The notes under the pieces are model-generated. The model was not told the DNA's origin and made no database searches. It worked only from the letters and a program-made list of their open reading frames with translations. Both the position numbers and the translations under genes were made by a program. A stretch of 64,000 nt of DNA, taken from the NCBI RefSeq assembly GCF_009914755.1, contig NC_060925.1; one strand, written 5' to 3'. Positions 40,771 through 55,789 of this stretch are shown here, one piece after another (position 1 is the stretch's first letter; every line of letters begins with the position of its first letter). The DNA comes from the human T2T-CHM13v2.0 reference genome, Homo sapiens.

Positions 40771-42849
40771 GTATCTGCTTTAAAGGACAAAAATTGCACT
40801 TAACCTGGGTACTGCCAATGGACTCATAACTGAGTATTCTTTTTCTCTATTTTACAAAACAACCCAGGTATGCTCAAAGCCCCATAAAAACCCAGTGTAA
40901 CAATATGCTTGAATCATGCGCGTGCCTTATTCTCTCATCTTCTAACTTGGAAGAAAGAACATGAATACCACAAGGAACCACCTGTGGAGATTCAGTTCTA
41001 GGGCGCTGGCAGCACTCGGGGCTTGCCTCAGGAGCACCCAGCTCATCCCACCCTAGCTCTGCCTGACTTTCCAAGAAAGGGACCCAAGGAAGCCTCCTGC
41101 TCCTGTGGTGCAGTGAGTGGCAGGCACTCCAGGAGAAGAACGAGCCCAGCCGAGAAACAATACCAGGACATTCCCCATGCAGAAACGTCACCCCAGGCTC
41201 CTGACCCCAACCCACTCAGCAGGGCTCAGCCAGTGCCTCCTGGGCTGCTGCAGCCATGACCCCACCTGTCCCACCTGCTCGGCAGAGGTGGGGCTGCTGG
41301 AGGAAGGGTGAGGGGTCATGGGTACCCCTGAGGCCCCTCCTTCAGACAGCTGGGATGCCAGGGCTGAAACTTGTGTCTGCCAAAACAAACAAACAAACAA
41401 ACAACAACAACAGGAAAAAGAACTTCCCCACCTGAGAGAGAAAAGACTGAAGATTCCTTCTCTTTAACTGGGCTTCAGGTGCCTGAACTGGATCCAAATC
41501 ACCACGAGTTCCCCGGCACTTTAGAGTACAGAGGCAGGCGCTGTCTCTCCTGTCAGCCTCCACCCCTGCTGGTCTCTTGCTCACAATCCATTCAGAGCAA
41601 TTCAACAACCATCAGCTGAGCACTTACAGCGTGCCCCGCCAGCACTGTGCAAGCTGCTGGGATGTCAGGCTTTGTTCTTGTTCTCAAGGAGATGAGGGCT
41701 GTCCTGCTCTTAGTGAAAAACAACTAACTTCTAGAAACACTTTTTATTAATGTATGATGGACATATGGAAAAGTGCACATATTCTAAGTATGCAACTCAA
41801 TGATTTTTCACAAACTAAAACCAGTGCCCAGGTCGAGATTAAAACAGCACCAGAAACCCAGAAGCCACCCCAACCCCAGCCTCCAGCCACTCCTCCTCGC
41901 CCCCAAGTACCCCGTTTTGGCAAAGCTGGCAACGGTAGCTAACTTTGATTGAATGTACATCAGTGCCAGGCACTGGTACATGCACCTTCCACCTATTGAT
42001 TCCTTTAACTCCCGCACCATAGATATGAAGGCACAGACAGTGGAGCACACAGCTAGCAACGAGCCCACTCTGAACCCAGGGGGGTTGGTTTCCCGAGCCT
42101 ATGTGTCCCTGATGACTACCCTTTCATTGCCGCCCTGGAAAACAAACAGAACTCACTCACTGTGTACTGCAACACCAACACATAACAAAGCTGGAGGTTT
42201 GGTTCTGCTGAGAGCGTCAGGAAAAGCCACTGAGGGTGGCCAGATTTGAGCTGGACCTTGATGAATGCATAGGAGTCTCCCTAGCAGATAAAGGGGAGGA
42301 GTTGCATAGCAAAGGTGGTGGGGGGAGCGTGCAAGGGGTCCTGCGTGGTGACCCGGGGGGCGGGCGAGGGGTAGACAGGTGCAGTGGGAATACTGACCTA
42401 GAGCAGGATTGGAATATGTACTGGGGCTTTGCCAGGGCAGGCTTCGGAACAGGAGAGGAACTTGCTCAGGTTTACAGTGGGTGGCAGCCCCCAAGGGAAG
42501 CCATGGACGATCTACCGGCATGGGCAGGACCCAGCTTGGTCAGGGTGTCCTTCACGCGGCCTCTAACCAGCGATTCCTCATTGGGTGTACAGGCTTAAGG
42601 GCTCTGCAAATGTTGGGGTTGTTTCTGTGTGCGTTTGGGTAGGGTCAGAAAAGAGACTCCGCCCCCAATTTCGAGACACCTTTTTACCCAGGTGGCAGAG
42701 ACATGGCCGATTTTACAGATAATTGACTGTATCTATATATCTATATCTATTAGTATATAACAAAAACAAAATAGGCGGTCTCATCACAGGTCTTGGGGTC
42801 AGGCACTTTCTCTGTGCGAGGCCGTGGGACTGCAAACAGCACAGGGAAA

Positions 42850-44900
42850 AAAGAAAGCGGGATCCGCTCGGGACGCCTGAGCCTCGATTAAGAGGTGCGG
42901 CTCGGGATTTGTGGCCGGGGCGAGAGACCCTCACGCAGAAGTCCCCAAGTGCGCAGGGCTGGAGCTGGAACTTTGGAACGCGGAGGTTAGACCCAAAGGG
43001 TGGGCGGAGCCTGCACTCCAGCTAAGGGGGCCCAGCGCCGCACCCCCTCCCCAAAGCCGGAGCCGCCGCCACCGTCCCCGCCCACCGTCCTCCGCCCCGC
43101 CCTGGCCCTCCCCGGGTCCTCGGGCCCCGGCCCCCTCCCTCCAGCCTGGCCCCCACGCCTCCCCGCTCGTTGCGCAGCGCCGGCTCCTCCCGCCGGCTGC
43201 ATTGCAGACGCCGCCGCCGCAGGGCGCGCCGGGGCCGCGCAGGGAGCCCGAGCCCGGGAACGCGGGCCCTCGGCGCGGAGCTTCGGGCGGCCCCGACGGC
43301 GCGGGGAGCCAGGCAGGGCGGGCGCGGGGCGGCCCCGCGGGAAGGGGAACGGGAGGCCCGCGCGGGGCTCCGGGGGCCGTCGGCCCGGGCAGCGGGCGCA
43401 GCCGTCGGGCTCCGAGCCGTCCCGGCCTCGAGGGAACCGTCGCCGCCCCATTCGCGGGCCGCGCTGAGCCGGGCGGGCGGAGCGGCGGGGACCGCGTCGC
43501 GAGGGACCGGGGGCCCGGCTCTCGCGCGGGGACGCCCGGGCCGCGCTCCGCCCGCAACCTCCGGCCGGGCCCCCGCCGTCCAGCGCGGCTCGAGCGCAGT
43601 TCCGGCGCAGTCCCCGCGCCGAGCGGCTCCGCGCCCCGCACCAGCCTCTGCCCGGCTCCGGGTGACGTCGCATCCTCCGATTGGACCACGCGGCCTGGGG
43701 GGCGGGGTCTGGTCCGGTGAGCTCACCGCCGCGCCCCGCCATTGGTCCGGGCGGCGCACTTGGGCAGTGGCGGGGAGACCGCGGTACCCGGAGCCCCGCG
43801 AGTCGTTCCAGCTGCGGCGAGTGGAGCTGAGCGGGCGCGGGGCCGGGCTGGGCCGGGCCGGGCGGGGCCGGGCGGGGCGCGGGAGCCAGTGAGCGGCGGC
43901 TCGGCGCAAGCCTGACGAGCAGGAGCCGAGCTCAGCAGGTCCGGGTAGGTGCGCGGCGGCGCGGGGCTAGGCGGAGGGCGCGTGCGGTCGAGGGCGGCGG
44001 CCGGCGGGGGCGCGCGCGGGGCGGGGGCGGGGCCGGGGCGTGGGGGGCACGCGTGCTCGCGGGCCGGGGGCGTGGTGCGCGGCCACGCGTGTTTCTGGCG
44101 CGAGTGTGCGGGGCCAGGCCGGGAGGGCGTGCGCGGACCGGGCGTGTTTACGCGCGGCGGGGAGGGGCCACGAGGGTGCGCGCGTTTCTGGCGCGAGTGG
44201 GAAGTGTGGGGATCCGGCGGGCCCGGTGTGAGGGGCGTGTTTCTGGGGCGAGAGTGGGGAGTGAGTGTGAGGAGCAAGGGTGAGGGGCTGCAGGGAGGGG
44301 TGCGTTTGGCCGAGGAGTGGGTGGGAGACACGCGTGTCCATGCCGCGAGGGTGTGTCGACGCCCGAGCCTGCGTGGGGCCCGGGGCCGTGTGTCTGGAGT
44401 GGCCGAGGGCGTGAGGGGCGCGCGTGTTTGTGCGAGGGGCGTGTGCGGCGGGTGTGAGCCACGCGTGTCTGGGTGCGCGCGCGGGCCGGATGAGCTTCTG
44501 GAGTGGTGCGAGGACGCGCGCGTGTGTCTGTGTCGGAGCGAGGGCGGGGACGAGCGTGTCGGGCGCGCGCGGGCGGGGCTGGGGCGGTGTCGGGGCGCGC
44601 GGGGGCCCGGCCCGGCCGGCGGCGAGTGTGTTGGGGCGCTCGGCTTCTCCTCAACACGGGTTTTTGGGACCCAGTGCCGCCTCCTTCCCGCGGCGGGGCC
44701 CGCGGAGCTCCCGGTTTCCCTGGGCAGGCAGGTGCGAGGCGAGGTGCGGGCACAGCCCTGCGCTCCTCAGCGGGTGCGGGATCGGGCGACGGGGGACTGT
44801 CTCTAACTACAGACCAGGGGAGCGGAGGGACGCTCGATTCACCCGCGTGCACAGGGCAGTCCTGAAAGTGGATGGAAGGCTCGGAGGAACTTCTGAGAGC
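42850..44900 (+). promoter_or_regulatory. CpG island 2 in intron 11, candidate internal promoter C
   Basis: About 2 kb CpG island; CRE-like TGACGTCG at 43663-43670; inverted CCAAT boxes (ATTGG) at 43680-43684 and 43741-43745; GC boxes at ~43699-43707, 43733-43740 and 43858-43878. Confidence 0.9.
43886..43944 (+). other. CAMTA1: Candidate non-coding first exon C (5' end approximate)
   Basis: Inr-like CCAGT at 43886-43890 just after the GC-box cluster; donor CGG|gtaggt at 43944/43945; no ATG; followed by a strongly G-skewed stretch typical of first introns. Confidence 0.55.
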
Positions 44901-45888
44901 TTTGCTTCCCTGCAGACTGGCGACCAGAGAGCACTTTCCACGCGCAGATGGGCCAGGATAGATGCTCGGGGTGGCCCTTTTGCATTTTCGGAGCTCTGGT
45001 GATTGGGTTTCTAGGTATTGCGCCTCTTTAGAGGTGGCGCTGATGGCGTTCTGGTGTTTGAGACTTTTTCGATCTCTGTAGATTACTGCAGACATCAAAA
45101 GCATTTCTCTACAAATCAGGTATCAGAATAGATTTCTGAAATGATGATATTCTTGCAGACTGTCTTCTTAATCAGTTGCCTCACCAGGGAAGGACGACAA
45201 TTTTAAAGTCCATTTTCTATTTTGCCCACTTTTACTTGATAGGATTTCTGCTGGCAGCCTGAAGTATCTAATCCCGGAAGCGGACTCAGTAAACGTGAGA
45301 GGTGCCCTCAGATAACTACAGAAATGCCTCCTGTGTTTGGTTGCTTGAATGAATGCATTATATTTTTTCCACCAGTGAGGCCAACCCCTGACTTTTTAAA
45401 ATTGTGCTCCCAAGTTTTATCGATAAAATGTCTGGCTATTACATACAAGGAGTCTTTTTCTCTTACTACCTTGAGGAACTGAAGTGTTCCGTTTCCCTGC
45501 AGAATCTGTGTCTTATCGAGAAACTATTGCTGGGAACCGGATCAAGAGAAATGCATTATGCAGAAGCACTTTTCCTGCTGTGTGTTTAGAAAAAAAATAG
45601 TTATTATTCCAAGACCAGAATTAGACACTAGCAAATAAATTTGTTTCTCTTTTTCTTTGTATTAGATTTAGAGAGTAATAATGTTTAATGTCCAAGAAAA
45701 TAGCATTTACTTACAGCGTATGCATTTCCTAAATAAATTTAACCTAGTAGTGAAAAGAAGCAGAGAACTGCTGTGTATTCCTGAGAGACCTTGATGAGGT
45801 CGTCCTGATTAATTATAATCTGAACAACTCAAATGGAAATACAGTATTTCATGTACTCGTTAATAACAGTCTTGTTTGTATTATTTAA

Positions 45889-46235
<347 letters not shown>

Positions 46236-46441
46236 CAGGCTTTTCTTTAGTCTTCTATTTAGGACTGAACTGGGCCTTTACTAAGAGCTGTCACTGCTGC
46301 AGTGTATTCATGTGGGGCTGTTCTAGAATCCAGTACGTGAATAACAAGTGGAACTGAGTATTATTTACTTAATATGAGAAAGATAGCAAAGTTAAAGCAT
46401 TGGTTGATATGAAAGTTTCCCGAGTGAAAGGTGTGAGGCTC

Positions 46442-46711
46442 TTTTTGAAACAGGTTTCACTCTGTCTCCCAGGCTGGAGTGCAGTGGCATGATCATGGTT
46501 CAGTGCAGCCTCCACCTCCCGGGCTCAGGTGATCCTCCCACCTCAGTCTCCTGGGTAGCTGGGACTACAGGCACACACCACCATGCCCGGCTAATTTGTT
46601 GTATTTTTTGTAGAGATGAGGTTTCTCCATGTTGCCCAGGCTGGGCTCAAACTCCTGAGCTCAAGTGATCCACCCGCCTTTGCCTCCCAAAGTGCTGAGA
46701 TCACAGGCGTG
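46442..46711 (-). mobile_element. Alu (AluJ-like)
   Basis: Reverse Alu, slightly truncated. Confidence 0.88.
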
Positions 46712-47100
46712 ATGGTGGGAGAAGTCCAGATGTGATGTATTGAATTACATTAAAAACCACAAGTTAGTATTACTCACATTTAACATTTCAGAAGTGCTTA
46801 TTAGCCTGCTGGGTGATACCAATGGGTAGTGTCACATCATGTCATGGGGATGTTGGCGTTCATAGTCATGGAGACCTTCAGTTAGAGTCTTCTCCTCTTC
46901 TTGAGTGAATTGCCCTGAAGTCAAATGACCATCTTTTCTTTGCTATTCTCTTATGTGACTACATTTGGCTTAACATGACAGGCAGACAAGGAGATGCCGT
47001 CGCCATCAGGAGATAGTTACTCTTCACCCCACAGGCAGTACAGCAAGTGACTCATTAAAACCATGATATGATACCTTGTGAATAGTAAGTTTAAAAATAC

Positions 47101-47561
<461 letters not shown>

Positions 47562-49369
47562 GACAGTGGAGGGGGAGAATGCCAGTATGATCTTGTGTAA
47601 TGCTTTATTTCAGTAAAGTTCCTTTGATAGACTAACTGGAATTTTAGTTTATAAAGTATCGTGATCCCTGTAATTTGCTTAATTTTATATTGTCTTATAA
47701 ACATTGAAAATAGAGCATAGCTTTAGACATGATGTGGAGAGACTGGTCAGCTCATCTTTGAAGCACCTACTATACATCAGTTGCTTAGCAAATTAAAACT
47801 AATAATTAAATATTACTTTGAGGAAGGTAAAGTATACGGAGTTTAATGAGGGTAAATGTTTCTAGGAGTTAAAGTGCTGATCATAAAGCTACATAATGTT
47901 TTTGTAATGTGGAAGGTGATGATAAGTCATGTAAATAAATTTCTCCATTATATTAAACTAATATTTATCAACTACTAAAAATTAATCATTCTCTCCATTT
48001 TTTCAGCTTTCGTGTTTCACCTGACTTTCACCACCCCATACATCATGTTTCACTCTCCAGCTGGCCACACCCCATCCTCAGCCACACAGCATGAGCCCTC
48101 TGTCACACGCAGCCAGGCTGGTGTGCTGGTGTGCTGGTGTGCCTACCGTCACCCATACTCCATGTTAAATTCTGTCTCTTTTTTCCTTTGAGCCTCACTC
48201 AAGTCTTATTAATGAAGCTTTTTTTCTCCCCTCCCAGATTAGATTAACAGCTGTTTATGGGGTGCAGAGGGGCCCCACCTAAGCTGTATCTTCTACTATG
48301 CCTAGCATAATGCCATCTGGGACTTGAAGTTTCATGAATACTGTTAGTTGGCAAAGAAGTTATCCAGCGTGATGCTACTCATTAGATAGGGTGAGGAGAC
48401 TGTAATGAAATGTGTTTCTTCAAGCCCAAGACAAACGTGATCCTACTCCGTGCCTTTGGTTCAGTCTTGCTTGTTGGTCATTTAGGCACAAACTCCAAAT
48501 GATTTCCCATGCAGGTCAGTTCAAGGAGGAGTGAGAGGGTCGAAAATCAATCTATGTGGATGTGAATCTAAAGCCAACTGGTGGATGTGAGTTTTCACTT
48601 AGGTGGTCTTGAGGTGGCCCTAAAAATCCTGGACACTGTACCAGTGTAAAATAGGCCTGACACCTGAATCATTTTCCCAGACTGAGAATATTGGCCAGAA
48701 GCCCACTGTCTAGGGATGTGTGTAGGTAACAGCTGTTCTCTTTCATATAATACAGCAGGATGGGCACTGGGTGTTTCAGCTCTACCATTCACTCAGTGAG
48801 AAACCTTATGTAAATTACCTTGTATCTCCGGCTCTCTTACCTGTTTTCCAAACCCATTAGTGGTTCAGAAAAGCATGGTCACCATCATCAGATTTTAAAA
48901 TCAGAGTGCATTGCACATAGTAAGCGTAAGTATTGATTTGGGAAGCTTTTTGGTTTCCATATGGGAGTGTGTGTGCTGGCTTCTATTTCTTTCTGTGGAC
49001 CACAGTTTAAAAAAGTTGAAAGCCACTAGACTGGATATTTCCTAATTCTCTTTCAATTCAGCTATTCTGCTGTGATTCTTTTCTGTGGTATGTGTCTGTT
49101 ATGACGCCACATTTAGCAGTCGCATAAGGCCTGAAAGAGTTAAGATACCTCCATATGTATGAATTCAACAGATAGTCTCCAGCCAGGCCAGAGCTCAGTA
49201 TACCTTTCCTTGTCTTACTGAATGTTTTGGCAGTCAACATTGAATCAGTGTTTTGAATAAGCAAGACAGTTTATTGCTACTGTCATTTATCACATGTTTT
49301 GTAGATAAATTCTAATGCTGCAAGTGACAAAACTCCACCTCAGACTGGCTTACATAAAAAAGGGAACTT

Positions 49370-49673
49370 GGCCGTGTGTTGGCTCACACCTGTAATCCCA
49401 GCATGTTGGGAGGTCGAGGCAGGAGGATCTCTTGAAGCCAGGAGTCTGAGACTAGCCTAGGCAACATAGCAAGACCTCATCTTTAAAAAAAATTTAAAAC
49501 AAATAGCTGGACACAGTGGCACACACCTATAGTCCCAGCTACTCAGGAGGCTGAAGCAGGAGGATTGCTTGAGCCCAGGAGTTTGAGGCTGCGGGTGAGC
49601 CACGATTACACCACTGCACTCCAGCCTGGGTGACAGAACGAGACCCTGTCTCAAAAAAAAAAAAAAAAAAAGA
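49370..49673 (+). mobile_element. Alu (AluJ-like)
   Basis: Full length with poly(A) tail. Confidence 0.9.
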
Positions 49674-50071
49674 ATTTATTGACTCTTAGGAAGTCCAGAA
49701 TTAGTGTTATCTTCAGCTAGAACTAGCTCTAGATGTACAATGATGTCATTAGGCCTCCCCCATTGCCCCCACCCCACTCTCCTCCTCTATGTTAATTTTA
49801 TTCTCAAGCAGGGAAGGGTCCCCAATATGGCAGCAGCAAGATGGCCCACTCTGAGCTACAGGCTTATCGTCTGCCAAATTACCAGATGTTTCCAGGAAGA
49901 CAGCTCTTATTTCCCTGTAGTTCCAGGAAATGTCTCATCTCTTATTGGCCCATCTTGAGTCACGTGTCTAATCTCTTGAATAAGGGGACATGGTCCTCTC
50001 ATTCATAAGGCCTGGCTCATACACCCCTGGAGCCAAGAATTGGGCTCTGCGCCACCTAAACCGGGTGCAGT

Positions 50072-50420
50072 TCCTTAGTTCAGGCTGCTCTAACAAAGTA
50101 CCATGGACAGGTGTCCTGTAAACAACACAGATTTATTTCTCAGTTCTGGAGGCTGAAAGTCCAAGATCAGTGCCAGCATGATGAGGGTCACTTCTGAGTT
50201 GCAGACTGCCAACTTCTTGCTGTATCCTTACAAGGTGGAAAGAGGGCAAGTTGCTCTCTGGGGTCCCTTTTATAAGGGCACCCATATATAATCCCATTCA
50301 TGAAGGCTGTACTCTCAAGACCTAATCACCTTCCAGAGGTCCCACTTCCTAATACCATCACGTTGGGAGTTGGGATTTCAACATAGGAATTCTAGGAAGA
50401 CATAACATTCAGTCCATTGC
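50072..50420 (-). mobile_element. MLT1A-like LTR
   Basis: ttagttcaggctgctctaacaaagtaccat start and aacattcagtccattgca end. Confidence 0.75.
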
Positions 50421-51375
50421 ACTCCCCAAGGAAGAAGTAAGGTGCCCTGATCAGGGATGAAGGAAGGGACGCTAGGGGGGCCAACTGTGAAGGAACCAAT
50501 AGGTTTTGGTCTTCACACTTGATTGTCATAGTCCTAAAGAAAACACCATCCTGAAGCTACAGAAACTCACTCTAGGGCTTTCTTCCTTGCTTTTATTCTC
50601 ATGGTCCCATTTTAAATGAGAAAGAGGAACCAGAGCCCATCACCTTTTAGTGAATCTTTAAATGGATATTGACTAACAATTTCTAGGACCATTTCCAGAA
50701 AGTATGGTTCAATTCCTTAGTATTATACACTGTGGTTTGGATTAATCACCAAAGAATTTATTTAAATATCCTCTTTTCTAGTGAAAGAAGCGATGTCACT
50801 CTAGCCAGAACCAATGCCCCTGGCGCGCGTGTGTAAGATGTTTTATCTAATGATGTAAAAAATAGGAAGTACTTAGCCTAAAACTGATGATTCTGAAAGC
50901 TTTTAAGTCAGTTGAGTAATATTTCCCAGAAAAACAGTGCAATAAATGGCAGGTAGGTTCCCAGGCTAGCCAGAGAACAAAAACCTTTTGGGACCCACTA
51001 TAGATACTCTGCATTTGCAGGAGAGAAATAATTAAAATAATGTGTGTGCACATATATATGCATATTATAAAACATTGAACTACATAATCTATAAAATCTA
51101 TCAATATATAACATACAAGTATGTATTGCAAAACAAGTGAAAGAGTGAACCTCGCATTTATATATTAAGTGATGCTGCTTAAATAAGGAAATATATAAAA
51201 TAACTTTGGTAAATGGAAACAGTTTTGGTGAAGATTCTTAATTCACAGGGTAGAACTCAAAATGGTTCTCTGAAAATACAGTCTAGTTCTCTAATGTTTT
51301 AGAGTAAAGTTGCATAGAATAAGTAATATAAATTTATTGATAACCTAACTCCAACATTATTCATTATAATTACTA

Positions 51376-51666
51376 TTTTTTTTTTTTGAGACAGGGTCTG
51401 ACTCTGATGCCCAGGCCGAAGTGTAGTGGTGCAATCTCGGCTCACTGCAACTCCCACTGCCCAGGCTCAAGTGATCCTCCCACCTGAGCCTCCCAAGTAA
51501 CAGGGACCACAGGTGTGCATCACTGTGCCTGGCTAGTTTTTGGATTTTTTGTAGAGACAGGGTTTCATATGTTGCCCAGGCTGGTCTTGAACTCCTGAGC
51601 TCAAGCAGTCCACCTGCCTCGCCTCCCCAAGTGCTAGGATTACATGCCAGAGCCACCACATCCAGC
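51376..51666 (-). mobile_element. Alu (AluJ-like)
   Basis: Reverse Alu. Confidence 0.9.
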
Positions 51667-51754
51667 TCAATCTTACTTTTATTCCCAAATGGAACAAAGA
51701 GAGTGAAAGAAATCTTTCTGAGGTGGCTCAGATAATTAAAACAAGGATAGGGAA

Positions 51755-52112
51755 ATAGTCCATTTTCATGCTGCTATGAGGAAATACTCCAGACTGGGTA
51801 ATTTGTAGAGAAAAAGAGGTTTAATGGACTCAGTTCCACATAGCTGGGGTGGCCTCACAATCATGGCAGAAAGCAAAGGAGGAGCAAAGGCACGTCTTAC
51901 ATGGCAGCAGGCGAGAGGACGTGTGCAGGGGAATTGCCCTTTATAAAACCATCAGATCTCATGAGTCTTATTCACTATCACGAGAACAGCAGGAGAAAAA
52001 TCCACCCTCATGATTCAGTTACCTCCGACTGGGTCCTGTCCACGACACATGGGGATTATGGGAGCTACCATTCAAGATGAGATTTGGGTGGAAACACAGC
52101 CAAACCATATCA
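51755..52112 (-). mobile_element. THE1 (THE1C/D-like) solo LTR
   Basis: Ends gagatttgggtggaaacacagccaaaccatatca; contains cctcacaatcatggcaga. Confidence 0.85.
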
Positions 52113-53577
52113 GGAGAGGTTGGATTAAAGAAGTGATTCTGTCTGTCAAAGGTTGTCTGAAGTGGAATTGACTGACCACACAGAGTGAGTGAGGGAGTCT
52201 CCTGAGATGGGAGAGAGGCAATGATAGTGGGGAGACATTGGGTCAAACCATTTCCCACACTGATCTCTGGTTGGCATGCACCATTCATCCACGTAATTTT
52301 ATTGGAGTCTGTGCTAGGATGGAGTAGCACCTGAGCCTGATGAGAGAAAGAGGAGGAAGAGTATGGACCAAGACTTTCCTAACTCGGAGACTGTCTATAT
52401 CAAAAAGGTATCCTTAGGGCTAGTTTCCTTCCCAAACTCTTCTGTGGGAAAATTAGTTTCAGGAAATGCCTGTAAGAACTGCCCCCCAGCCCCCACCCCA
52501 CAAAAAGTTTCACATAAGTTTAAGAAACACACCTACTATTGGCGATTATCAGTTTATAGCATCTGTTAGCATATTAGGGTTCAGAAAAGTCTTCCCTTAA
52601 TGAGGTGTAAATGTGTTTGTGTTTCACCTAGTATTTCCAAAACATCTTTGATACAACATTTTGTGTTTGCTGATCAATAGCTCGTGGGAAATGTTCTGCA
52701 GAATGCAACCTAGGAAATGCTTCAGCAGATAGACCATCCTCACAAAATAGTTCTGAGGCCGTGGCATGGTTCTTTGAGCCCCCTGAAATTGAATACAAGA
52801 TCTTATATGTACGTATGTTTCTAGGAGAGGACTCACAGCCTTTATAATTGTCAAAGAGCCCCTGAACAAAAAGGGCAAGAATTGTTGTTCAGGGCTCTTT
52901 TCTAACAAGGGAAGTTTCAGTTTCTCTTAAATTTCTCTTATCTGTATATTTCATATCAGCATAGGGGATATTGCCCGGTGAGCACCGCAGCCACTCGGGG
53001 GTCCACACTGAAGAGGCCAAGTTATGAACAGGGGCTGGGCAGTCACTTGATTATTGTGCTTATGGTTGAACAGATTTAAAAATTGGCAGCTACTCTCTTT
53101 CCACCACGAATTGTGGAAAGATATTATCTATGCAAGACACTGACTTTTAGCCAAACTCCAGGTACATTCAATTCTGAAAACAGAAGAAACTAATGTGTTA
53201 TTTCATTGCAGTAAAGAGACTTCTTGAAAAGTGAAGGCCCACTGACCTGCAGAAGAGAATGTTGAGAGTGATTTAGTAATATGCAACTTAAAACCAATGA
53301 ACTATAGAAAGCTTTTCCTTCAAGAAATTTAGAACATCCAACTCATCTACATTCAGATTTAGAAATCAGCATGTATTCCTCTGAATGGTCTACCTTTAAG
53401 CCAATTCATCAGAGCATCCGAGAGCTGTGAAGTTGGACCACATTGGACCTTTGCTGAATCGCTTCGATGAAATGGTGCTTTGGTGTTCCTTAATACCAAA
53501 CAGTAATAAACAGTCACTTGAAACCTAGTAGTGCTTTTGTCGCAAGGATGTTGAAATCTATTAAATCACAGCATCCT

Positions 53578-53869
53578 TTTTTTTTTGGAGACAGAGTCTT
53601 GCCTTGTCACCCAGGCTCTGGCTTTGGGCACGATCTCAGCTCACTGCAAGCCTCTGTCTCCTGGGTTCAGGTGATTCTCTTGCCTCAGCCTCCCGAGTAG
53701 CTGGGACTCCAGGTGCGTGTCACCACACCTGGCTAATTTTTGTATTTTTAGCAGAGACGGAGTTTCACCATGTTGGTCAGGCTGGTCTCAAACTCCTGAC
53801 CTCAGGTGATCTTCCCGCCTCGGCCTCCCAAAATGCTGGGATTACAGGTGTGAGCCACCACGTTTGGCC
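53578..53869 (-). mobile_element. Alu (AluS-like)
   Basis: Reverse Alu; cacagcatcctt on both flanks. Confidence 0.9.
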
Positions 53870-54472
53870 CACAGCATCCTTCTTATTAGGACCTATGGGA
53901 GAAATTTATTTCAGATCCTAGTACCAGGGAAAGTCATACTATCCAAAGCAACTGACGTAGTGTGATCTTGAAACTCACTGCCCCCTTTTGCTTTGTTTGC
54001 TACGTTCAGCCCCATTTGGGACTCACATTTCACCATTTTGGAGGGTTTAGTCTGTGTTTTCTGTGAAACAGTTTTCCTGCAGCTTTCTTTTATTCTTGTC
54101 TGTAACATCATGAGTCCTGATTTTGCCTGATCTGCTATTAATCACAAGTATTTTTGTTAGCCACCTCACACAGGATTGTTACCAGTTAAGTGAGAGCAGG
54201 AAGGGAAATAAAGAGGCCCGGGGGAATGGGCTGGGACAGGGAAGGAAAATCAGGAAAAGGGGGGAAGAGCAGAGAACAGACTAAGGAGCATCTGGAGGTA
54301 TTAGGGATTCGAGAGAGAGGATTCTCAGAAACAGTGCACAGTGCCACCGGAGTTGGCTATTAACGTTTTGTTCCATTATTTAACCATTCCGTCAGCCACT
54401 TGCGGGGGTTCTGTAAGGATCTGCAGATTGCATAGCCCCTGAAACTGGATGAAGTCAAGCTGCATCCCATAG

Positions 54473-54670
<198 letters not shown>

Positions 54671-55018
54671 TAAGTGTTTTGCTTTTTTACGTAATCCAAG
54701 GGATGCTTTAATGCTGGCCTCAGTAATTCATACATTTGTTCAGGCCTCACTGATTTGAAATTTGCAAAAATCGGAGGATGACTCTGGTCTAGGGGTAGGG
54801 TGCCAAGGGATACTCAGAGGAACTGAGTGCCGTGCCGGCATGGGAGAGCAGTCCTTGATGTATTCTGATGTGGCATAAGGAGCCGAGACATGAAAGAATC
54901 CTCACAAGCATCCTGACACTACTCGGAAGAAGCTTAATGACTAAAAATTTTCTGAAACCCTGTACTTCCCTTGGGGAAATAGTTTATTTCTGAATAAAAT
55001 ATTTATGTGGTATATTGA

Positions 55019-55558
<540 letters not shown>

Positions 55559-55789
55559 TGAAAAACATTATAATTAATAAACTTGTGAGTTCTGGAACAG
55601 AAGTCTCTCATGTAGAATCCAGTATTCAGAAAAATACATATTTTTGGAACGTCTTGGGCTTTAACTCTCACAAGTTAGCAAGACAGCACCGTCTGTGCAG
55701 ATGGTCCCCCTAGAGTTAGTTCTGAGAGCCAAGCCTTGCCAATAGCAGTCCTAAATAATGTATGGAGAATGAGCTTGGCACAACTAATG

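Noticed and set aside
42911-45104. Many long Arg/Gly/Pro/Ala-rich ORFs on both strands, with similar ones at 18938-20295
   Set aside because: Stop codons are scarce in CpG islands; low-complexity products with no recognisable domain
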